From Harriotta raleighana (lineage: Eukaryota): a DNA stretch of 64,000 bases. The translations under genes and the position numbers were made by a program. Shown piece by piece: positions 1-11,035 of this stretch (its first letter is position 1; each line of letters begins with the position of its first letter). Location: the NCBI GenBank assembly GCA_050575255.1, contig JBNZDD010013678.1, positions 4,684,753-4,748,752 of the forward strand, in the 5' to 3' direction. The notes below the pieces were generated by a model that was given only the letters and a program-made list of their open reading frames with translations, did no database searches and was not told the DNA's origin.

Positions 1-1012
1 TGAAAAGATGTTAGCAAACCAGTGATCATGTCCAATGTAACAAACGGTGACATTTCAATGGAATTCAAGAATGATTGACATGTGGATGTGATGCCTCTAG
101 ATTCTAGAAACATGCAAGGCATATCTTGATGCATCTATACTTCCTAGAAAAAAATGAATGAAACAAGGTGATAAAGGTTTAGGAAGAAATACATCAATCA
201 GTTGCCTTTATGTGATGACAAAGTGGTGATCATGATCTAACTAGAAAGTGATCAATTCCTAAAACGTGGAATATGGGGAGTGGAGTGAAATTATTACTAA
301 TTATATTAGATGAAACTTCAAACATGTGGCTGAATCAGGTTAGTGGAAATTGTTAGACTGCAAGTAAACTACAAAGAATAACATGGTAAGTTTTAAAACA
401 GCATAGAATCCAAAACTTTTATCCGTTGATTATTTTCAACTATTTTTATCTTTTAGTATTCAAAACTGAACGTGGAAAATAATCCACAAGAAAAGCATGC
501 TACGATCACATCAGATAATCATGACTCAATATATTTTTATCCTCTACCATATGAAATAAAATGAGGTTAAAATTGAACTTTTTGATAAAAATAATTATGA
601 TATTAACTGATGTGATCCTATTTGGGTTGATTGTATTTTGTACAGATTGCTGGAAATTTAATTTTAAAGCAGAACTGTTTTTTAAAAAATCTTTTAAATT
701 AGGTTTGATTAAATTAGAGCAAATAAATAAAAAGTGAAATAATAATCCTTGCAGTTGATACAGTGCCTTATCAAGTCTTCGAGGCGTCTCAAAGAACTTC
801 ACAGAATATACTGTAAAGTGAATTGACTGTATATTTTGCGGGCAAAATCAATAAAAGAGCAACAGAAAGAGGAAAACAGATAGAGTTTAGTTATATTGAT
901 CTATTAGGACAAGAATCTACCATTAAGCATTAAAGGTTATCTATGTGATTAGTCAGATTACATTTGGTTTCATAATTAATGTTAAAGAAGAATGTTATCC
1001 CCATAATCCAAC

Positions 1013-3937
1013 CTCTTATAATAAGTTTTGCAGAAGTAGTTGCTTTTCCAGCTTCATTCAGTGCCTCACAGACATATTCTCCTTGATGTTCCTCTTTGCA
1101 TACTTTGTCGATTATAAGTGAGTAAGTGTCACCTTCTTGCAAACATTTGAACTCTTTTTTGGAAGCAATTTGCCTGGCATTAAGGTACCAATTTACCTTT
1201 TGAACTTTTGTGATCACTGTGCTAAATATTACTTCGCTCTCTTCATCTATTTCCATATCCGACAGCCCTTTAGTGATGAGTGGTGGAGTTTGGGCCTCTC
1301 TCTTTCTAGCTTTTTCTTTCTCCTTTTTGAGGTTCGCTGTTGGCTGTTGTACTGGGACAAAACCCTCTGCTTCAGTGGTTATCAGCAACTCTGTTTTCTG
1401 AGACACAGTGCAAGTTGACTCACTCAACATTGACTTATCAGACACAATTGCAGTGTTCGTAGGGGTGCTTGGTTCTGTCACTGCCTGAGCCTCTCTGCTC
1501 AGACAGGCCAGCAATGCCTTCTCTTTTATGAGGATGGGCTGCTCTTGGTGAATAATAGATTGCAACGCCGCTCTCAATTCCTCTCTCAGATCAGCTTTCT
1601 GGGGATATTCCCCTTCAAAGGCTAGAGTCACTTCTATAGAAGGACAGGTATTAGTGATCTGATAGGTGTACAAAGTGTACCGAGGTTCTTTCTGAATTTT
1701 TATCTCCTTAATCTGCACCTCGCCTACACTGCCCAGCAATTCTGAGGAAAGAACACACTGGTCACTTGCTAAGGCAGCTTGCAGTGCTTTCTTTATCTGT
1801 ACCTTTACATCCAGAGTGACTGCGTCGGGAGTTTGGACTACAAATGGGAGCTCTTTTGGAAACGCCTCACTCTCCTCTACGGCGTGAGCTTGCAGTTTCT
1901 GCTGTGACTGTTTCACTACCTTTAAGGAGGTTTCACCTGACCTCTCGACCGCCGAAGAATGTTCCTCTTGAATGAGCTGCTTCTCATGAAGCAGCAAAGG
2001 AATTCTTACTGACTGGCCCTCCTGGATTCTAACCGCGAAATCTTGCTCTGCAGCCTCTAGGCTACTTGTGCTCTCTGTCGAAACAGCCTTTTCCTCAACC
2101 TGGATAGAAATTGAAAGCAATTTGGGTTCGTGTGAATCCTCACAGGTTGTGGCAGTTGTGCTCGTAAAAGTGCCTGCAAAATCATCTTGTAACACTGTAC
2201 TCTCCACTGTCGTACTGAACTGTTTGACGATATCATCTACTTTATTTAATACAGCACGCTGCTCCTCTGCTTCTACTTTAAAACGCTTCTCCTTTGACAG
2301 CAACATTGGCAGAGTCACTGACTGGAGGCAGGTTTGGGGCCCAGGCTCGGTTTTGACCTCGGAATGCAAACTTTCAGCCTCCTTTTCGAGAGCTTTAGTT
2401 TGTTCCGCTTGCATTTCTCGCTGCTTCTCTGCAACGGCTGCACAAGTGTAGATTTTCTCCAGTCTACAGACTGCCGTGTGGGGAGCTGGTTTTTCAAGAA
2501 GAATGACACCTTCCTTTTGCAGAATGTGTCCCGCTTCTATGTCAATGGGAAATACTATAGAAGCGGGTTCTTGTGTAGATTTACAGGTGATGGCTTCCGT
2601 CACACTGGGTATCTTGCTAGTGAATTCATCGGGGATGGATTGCTGTTCATGGGACAACAGTGAATGCAGCAACGTTGGGCTTCTCCTCAACTTGGCTTTC
2701 TCCTCTGCAGGTGCTTCAAATGTAAGTGTGGACTCCCTGGGCAGAGTGTCTTGTCTGTGAATGACTTGCAGGTGCAAACGCTGCTTTTGCTCCTTCACAG
2801 ACCTGACTGACGTTGCTCTGTCCAAGCCAACTATCATTGCTTCTGCGTATTCGGCTGAAAGCTGCTGTATTTCCTCTGTGACCATCGCAGATTTCACAAG
2901 GTTATCCCTTGCGCACGACGCCTGGAGCTTTTCGGATGGATGGGATTTCAATGTTGATTCTTTCGGTAATATTCTCTGGCTTCCAATGACAGGTAACAGC
3001 AATGGTGGTAGTAACTCTCTCGACGCCCTGGCCCCTGTCACTATATCTACTGCCTGAATATTCTCCACCACCAATTCTTCAACTGTGGGCAGAGTGAGAA
3101 GAGGCTGCTGTTCTACTGTTGCGCTGGGCAAGGCAACCACAGGTGGACTTCGAATTGGATCATAGTGTTGCTCCATAAATCCGTGACTTTCTTGTGTGGT
3201 CTGCGAATGCATGACGATCTGGGTCTGTGCAACCGATGACTGTGCAGCTGAGAGAGTCACATCACGCAGCAAGCCTGTGTGTTCACTGTGTATCGAATGC
3301 TTATCTTCTGTTGCGATGGTGTACACCAACTGATCGCCTTTCTGTAATCCAGCCCCTGCATCCCCGGGCAATCTTACCACGAATAAACGGGACTCTACAG
3401 CTTGATCATCACTTACGGATTCTTTATACGATTTAGTGTGTTGTTTTTGGACTACCGGAGGTTTGGCAGCTGATTCCCTCATCCCTCCTGTCCCTTCCTT
3501 TGATTTCACCCTCAGATAGGCGCTGCAAGAAGTCTCCCCATTTACGTTACTCGCTGAACAAATATACTCTCCCTCATCTGTAACTTTCGTATAAGAAATA
3601 ATCAAACTATACTCATTTTTATCGTACACAAATTTGTAATTTGGTGAAGGAGCCAACTTTCTACTGTTGTAAAACCACTGAATAGAGGGTTTGGGAATTC
3701 CAGCAACAGTAACAGAGAACTTCGCTACATCCTCTACAAATACCTCAATGTTGGAAATTTGTTTAATGAAAACGGGGACTGCTTTTGATGTGGTAGCATC
3801 AGTTTTTATCTTCAAAGTGCTAGATTTAACTTGAGATTCGGGCTTGAGTTCAAATGTTTTATCGGTCAAGTGAAGGTCACTGCTGTAGAAATCTTCCCTC
3901 TCCTCTTCAGCAGAGATGGTAAGAGAGCTAGAAAATT
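1013..3937 (-). CDS. TTN: Titin N2B exon (human exon 49 equivalent): Ig + N2B unique sequence + Ig
   Basis: Acceptor tacag|AA at 3937, donor AG|gttgga at 1013; 2925 nt, phase 1-1; begins EFSSS, Ig VFIKQISN..GIPKPSIQWF..DEGEYICSASN, LEAAEQDFAVRIQEG motif. Confidence 0.95.
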
Positions 3938-6900
3938 CTGTATAGAAAATAATATGGTTAGCATTTTAGGAAGCAAACGCATATTGATTCTGAGTAATGC
4001 TTCTTATTGCTGGAACGTGAAAATGGTGACAATCATTAGTAGCATATTAAAGCTTTCTATGTTAAACTATTTAAAAAGAATAATAATAAAAATGAATCAT
4101 TGAAATATTGTCTTACAAGAAGAATCACGAGCAAAAGTATTGCCCAGCAAAACGGGATGCGAAATGATGATGTACCTGAAATTACCTTTGACATAGAGAT
4201 GACATTATATCAAAAAGTAGATTCAATTCATAAAATACAGCATTACTCAATTGGAAAATTAATTATTTGACTGTGCATTCACTGGCTTTGTAGAGATAAA
4301 GAGCATTGTGAAGGCTAGTTAGTTTACTCACAAGTAAATACATTAAGAGCATTTAAAATCTGTGTTGCCCCATTCCCTATTATAACTAGAAAAATGGAAC
4401 ACATTGCAGTTTGATCAAGATAGGACATTCTGCAAAGGGAAATGTAACAGAAATCTAGCTGAATGGTAGTCATACTGAATGATGTTATTCCATGATTTCT
4501 ATTGCATGTTGTAAATTATCAGAGAGGCTGGAAAGTAATTTCTAACAAACTTTATTCCATCTGTGAAACGTATATTTTTCAATACAAATGAATCAAGAAA
4601 ACAAGTTGAATATGAAATACTACCGAGTACAAGTATACTGTAGCGTAAGTGCAAGGAGTTTTCAAAGTTAACAATGTTTCAAGCTTAAAAAAACTTTAAA
4701 ATATATTATTTGTGAACCTTGCCATTCTCGAAGAATTCGAATGTTTTAGCTAAACCAATAAGTTTGATCATTAATACACGTAAATAGGGCAAATAATACC
4801 CTAAAATAATGTGTGTATTCAGACCACTATTTCGTTAATCATTCAAAACGCAAATTGACAGAAATGATGAACAAGCAGCCCACAAGTGATTGAGATGTTG
4901 CTTCATATCAAATGTCAGTTAAGAGGTTTTGTTTTAGAAGCATAACATTAAAAAAAGAACACAGTTCAAACTGTTGAAGCGTTCGACCAAATGTCATGTT
5001 CATGTTGAAAACAATAATCTCTTCCAAATGCAATTTAACAAATCAGAAACCCAAAATATCAAAATACCGTTAAAACAATCAAAGATGTGAACTGGAAACA
5101 TGAATGCCAATTATTATATGCAACTCTATTGCATTGCTGAAAACACACAACTGTCTACAGATGGATTATTCCATGGCTAAGATCTCTAGACAACTCAAAA
5201 ACTCATTTGGCAGACTTACACGGGCACACATTTTAAATCCAGTTATGCCACACGAATACAGCCTCCTAACCAACTCTACTCCACCCACATCTCAACAAGC
5301 CAAACTATTCATCTAACTGACAGAGAGAGGGAAGACAGATTTCCTCCTGCCTCTCACAAACACTAGCTGAAAGTAAATTAACTTAAAATGCCCCAGAAAA
5401 CAATAAATCAAACTATTTACTCAGCAGCAATTTTTAGAAATCCCTCATATGATACATGCTCATTAAGAAGAGAATAAGACTTTACACCTTGAATGTTCTA
5501 GGCAATAAGTTCCTTACTGAGGACACACAACCAGGGCCGGAGTGATCCTATGCACTCCTCGAAGCAGTAAAGGTACTTTCCCTGGTTTACGAGAGGGAAC
5601 TAAAGGGAGAAAAAGAATTACCCAGAATAAATAAGATCAGACTTACCAAATTCTGAACACTCACTCTAGGGCATGGAAACCTTCCATCTTAATGCATAAT
5701 AAGCCCATTGTAACTTTCTTCGGGTTCCTCTGATGCATTCTGCCTCTCTCTCTCTATAATGTCAATTACTGCTCTGAAACGTCACTTACCCATCATGCAA
5801 AGTAACCAGATACAACTTCATTCCCCAACGCTTAAAAGAAGGGCAACACAACGTTTAACGTGTTCCCTGAATATAGCATACATTATAGCTGGTGGGGAAA
5901 GATGAAGAGAGTGGGTGGGGGTTGGGTGGGGGGGTGGGGGGGAGTGATAATTCAGCAAAAGCACCATCAACGAGATGTCTTAAGGTGGGTTTTAAAAGTG
6001 AGGTTGGAGGAGGCAGGTTCGAGTCGCTCCCAGATGGAGTTTCAGAGAGCAGGGCAGAATAGCTGACAGCTTATTAAACAATGGTGGGGTGACTTGGGTG
6101 AGGAACACAAAACATGTCACTGTTCGCTAATCAGAGGGAATGGCTGTGTTGACATTGTTAAGGTCGATGAGGTTGCCAGAGTTAAGATGCCATAGAGGGA
6201 TTTGTATGTGAGGATCTTGATCCCTTGTGGGATGGACAGCCAGTGGAGCCAAGAGAGAAAAGAGATGCTAAGCTTTCAATGTAGGGTAACAAGCACTCAA
6301 ATTCATTGCTGCCATGATATAAACAGCACAAGGCATTTCAGATCACATACAATGTCAATATAATTCATGGAATCCAACATCAAAGTACACAGCCAACAAC
6401 AACAACAAGAACAACTTGGATTTATATAGCGCCCTGCACGCTAGACAGCATCTTAGAAACCACAACTTTGAAGCACCCCTAACTATTCCACAAGATAAGA
6501 CCATTTTAGATATCCTCTATCCATAATTAAGAAAAACTAAAAACTCGCATATCTCAACTGCTGAGATTAAAAAGTAGAATCTTAGAAATCAACTTGGTAC
6601 ATTGTCCCCAGTATTTTCTTGCTAAGTTAACTAACAATATGCAAACGTTTGACAAATTAGCTGTCACGTTCCACAACGAGTTAAGTATGTGAGTTAACTC
6701 AAATCTTCAGCTTTAGTAACAAATAGAAAATAATTCGTTATATCTGCTCTGTTTAAAGATTTCAAATTCTGAACTCAATTCTCAACGAATGAGCTTGCAA
6801 ATCGAATAGAGCACCAATACAAATCATGGCCTGAAAACAAATTTCTGTACCTGAGCTTTGTCATATGTTGAGGTGCTGAACTCAGTTATCAGACTGCAAA

Positions 6901-7369
6901 ACTAATAAAACATGCATGCGTTTATAACATGGTTAAAGTTACTTTATAGGTTTTAACTAAGAAACAACAAGAACACATCTAGGTACTGTATACTGCCATA
7001 CTCCACATTAAAAATGTCCAAACTATATTTTGGTTGCCCTGCTTGATGTAAAACCCTTTAGGCCTCAGCTCAGTGATAGAGTTGAGCCCTTTCTTTCATA
7101 TGAACAAACAAACTTCAGAGTAAAAAAAAGTGAATAGGAATCACCAAGCTTACTGTAGAAATCCACTCTTTCGTCAATAGCTTTAAAGGAGCTTTCTATG
7201 ACTCTAACAAACATGTATTTAGTTCTTGATAAGAAGAAAAATTCTACACTTGTGAATTTAGCAAATTCATAGGTAGACTACCATACAAGTCTAGAACAAG
7301 GTAGCATAGTTTGCAATGCTCAAAATATAAGACAGTGGACGTACAGAAAGAATAGCAAGTACTATTCAG

Positions 7370-10300
7370 CTAGAACACTCTCAAAATGGCATCTGTGACT
7401 GCATTCCCAGCTTTATTAACAGCTTTACACCTGTATGTTCCAACATCAGATTTTGTAACAAATGGAATGACCAAGAAATGGTGTCCTGGTTCTTTTTCCT
7501 GGATCAAATGGTTGCCCCCTTGAAGCATTTTATCATTCAGATACCAAGTCACAGTAGGTTTGGGGGCACCAGTTACAATGCATTGAAAAGATGCTGAGCT
7601 CCCTAGAAATGTATTGCAATTAAGCAGGGGCTTTGCAAACTTTGGGGGCGTTTCTATGACTTGAAATTCAAACGTACACGTCTCACTGCCCTCGGCTTGA
7701 AACTCAATGGACTCCTCTTTGGCGGCTTCAGCAAATACATCAAAGCTAATGTTCAGACGTTCCTCCTTTCCCTCCCCCTTCTCTTCCTGTGCCGTTACAG
7801 CCACCAGCTTAAGAGATTTCTGAGAGTCTCCGCCGCCTTGCTCAAACTCAAACTCGACTTCAATTTCCGAAGCCTGGTTCCCATCCCCAATGAGAACATC
7901 TAACTGCTGTGGGTGCTCCTGAGCGCTACCCAGTGACATGGCTGCTGTGGCTTTGCCTCCTGCTTTTGCAAGTGCTAAATGGGAATGGGTTACTGCCAGA
8001 TAAGCTCTGCATGTAGCTTCCCCCAGGCTATTGGTAGTTTTGCACAGATACATGCCGCTGTCAGAGGAGCACACTCCGGTTATTTGGAGGTGGTGCTCAG
8101 AATGATCTCCCGCAGCGACAGTGTATTTCTTGCCATCTGAAACAAGGCGTGAATCATCTCGGTACCAGTGCACCCGAGGGGCTGGAGCACCGGTCACCGA
8201 GCACTCAAAGAGGGCGTCGCTTTCCTCTGGGATCTCCAGATCGAAAACCGGCCTGGTGAACCGGGGGGGGGTCTCGGTCGTGTCTCCCAAGTCCATCCTC
8301 ACGTCGCCGTTGTCTCCGGCGAAGCAGCCCTCGTCGGGTTGGTCGCCGAACATCATTGGGAGGACGTCCAGGGAGATCAGCATGTTCTTATTGTCGGGCG
8401 TGAATTCGGGAATCGTAATGATTTTGATCTGCCTCTCAAATGCCCTCACCTCACACTCATCGAGTTCGACCTCGAGCAGGATTTCTTGCGGAGAGGGGGA
8501 TCTGGACGTCTGATCTCGCTGGATATCGAACTCTAGGACGTGTTGGTGGGTCACCAAGGGAGGGAGTGCAACTGTTCTGGCGTCTTGTGACAGGACATCC
8601 AACTGCCCCCGGCTTTTGGCTTCTCCCGTGAGGTTCACGGCGTGGCATGTGTATTCCCCCTCATCTTCTCTGCGGACGCCATCAATCAGCAGCGTGCACG
8701 CATCCCCTTCCCTTTCCAACCGGATCCTGTGATCCGGCTCGAGTAAAGATTCATTCCGGTACCAGCGGACATCGGGGACGGGGCAGCCGATCACCTCAGT
8801 CGTGAACACCAGCGTGTTTCCTTCGTGGAGCTTTTTCCTTGTAAGTGGTTTGATGAAGCCGGGAGGCATTTCGTCCCCGTTGGCTTCTGTTTCCCGGGGA
8901 GGTGTCGAGAAGAAATCTGACCGTGTCTCTCCCACGGTCAGGCTTAAATCCCCCGCAGGTGTTGTTTCAATGCCATCCGCTCCGGGTGTCCTAAAACACT
9001 CCGGCGGAGTATAAAACCTCTCCAAGAGGGCAGCTAGCGGAGACTTGGCTGAATTGTTGGGTGAAGGCAATCTCTCCGGAGGTGTCGTGAACCCAGGAGA
9101 CTGAGGAGGGGTATAAAACGACTCTGCCGACATAACCCGTCTCACATTTTCCGAAGCCACGGGCTCCGGGGTGTAAAATCTCTCTATTTCATCGGTGGCG
9201 GTGGTGGCGTGGCCGAGTTCGATAGACATTTCGGACTCAGGGGAGAGGGATCGCGCCCCCTCCTCACTCTGACTATAGTAGTCGTAAACAGCCCCAAACG
9301 TGACCTCTTCAACCTGCATCGAGGTGATGATTCCGGACTCGCCGTGAACAAGTGCCTCGTTACTGCGGTCTCGGCGAACTGCAGCTTCCTCTCGTCCCGC
9401 CGTCAGGAGATACTCCGAGAGTGAGAAACTTCCACTTTCCTCATCCCTCGCAGGGACGGCGTCTGCTGAGGAGATACCTTGATCAGACACTGAGTCAGCA
9501 GCTGACTCTGCCTCGGAAACTTCAACTGGAGCCCCACGACTTTCAGCGGGACGTTCAGCGACATTGCCGGAATAGGCAGACTCTTCGTACGACCCTCCTC
9601 CAACGGTGTGTGTGTGAGCTCTCGCTTGAGCTTGTTCTCCCGTCTTGGAGTCTTCAGTTAACGCCTGCCCTTCAAGGTCAAGAAAGCGCAAATAATGGCT
9701 GATGGACAATGTTTCGTCTTCTCCTTTGGCGGGCGTTTCATGCGCTGCCGCTTTACCATCCGTTGTGAGACTCCCTCCCTTCTCCTGCTCAGCCGGCAAT
9801 TCAACCGAAGACTCAGTGGAAACGGCAGTCACTCCAGCTCCCTCCTCGGGGTTGAGAGTGAACGCTTTCTCCTGGGTGCCATGTGAAGGGGAAAGAACTC
9901 TTCTTCTTTCTTGCCGTGATAATTGCCTTTGCTGCTTAATGCCTTCTTCCTGCCCCATTTTGCTGAGATTGAGCAGAAAGCGACTCACAGAAGAGCCTTC
10001 CTCATCAGATGATTCAGTATCTTTCAGATGGCAAATAAAACTCTGTTCTGCGGGTTCTACCCTATAAATACCCTGTGTTTCTCTAGCTTTGTCTAAACTC
10101 TGTTCTGCGGACTCTACCCTATAAATCCCCTGTGTTTCTCTAGCTTTGTCTAAACTCTGTTCTGCCGACTCTATTTTAGGACTATAAATCCCCTGTGTTT
10201 CTCTAGCTTTGTCTAAACTCTGTTCTGCCGACTCTACCCTAGGACTGTAGATACTTTGTGTTTCTCTAGCTCTGTTAAAACTCTGTTCTGCCTGCTCTAT

Positions 10301-10926
10301 CGTAAGACTAGACATACTCTGTGCTTCTCCAGCTTTATTGTTAGCCACACATTTATAGCTCCCCAAATCAGACATTGAAACACCATCAATGTGTAATCTG
10401 TACTTTCCTCTGCTCTCTACAAATCGATACTTAGCGTTACCACCCAATAAAAGTCTGTCGTTTCGGAGCCAGACAACAACGGGTTCTGGCTCTCCAGAAA
10501 TCAGACATTCAAACATCACAGATTCCCCTTCCACACAATAAATTGGCTCTAATTCTTTTACAACCTTTGGAGCTTCGGAAATCACATCGAAAGAGAACTT
10601 AAATTTATGTTTGGTAGTCTGAGAGAAGGGATCCTGGGATGAATCCAATTCATCTGCAGGATAAGATTCCCTTCGTTCTTCATCTTGCTCCGGTGTTGGA
10701 GTGGGGGCAGTTATCCTAATTTCAACAGGAGCGGAGAGCAAAGACAGATTTTTAGGGCGTGATCGAGGCATAAAAACACCAGGTAATTGCAAGGTTGATT
10801 TTGTCGCAGTAGATGGAGTATTGAAGAACTCAACTTCCTTTTCAGCCAACAAGTCAGAGTCTTGCTCATCAGTACATTCCTTTGGGGCATGAGTCACATG
10901 CACATCGAAAGGTGCCACAACTTCAT
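7370..10926 (-). CDS. TTN: Titin Novex-3 terminal exon, 3' part (4 Ig domains, stop codon)
   Basis: Acceptor cctag|AT at 10926; ORF to TAG at 7370; TPTPEQ, FKFSFDV, ERFYTPP, SRSPSPQEILLEVELD motifs typical of Novex-3. Confidence 0.92.
10037..10297 (-). repeat. Coding tandem repeat, 57/63-bp unit, ~4.5 copies (ESAEQSLDKARETQGIY[SP]R)
   Basis: Near-identical ctctagctttgtctaaactctgttctg units visible in DNA and protein. Confidence 0.9.
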
Positions 10927-11035
10927 CTAGGAAACAGAGACAATTTTTACTTTTATTGAAAAATAATCAACATTTGAATACACTAACAAAATACAGGTAG
11001 GTTCAGAAATCTGACAAGTGTAGAGTGAAGCCTAC

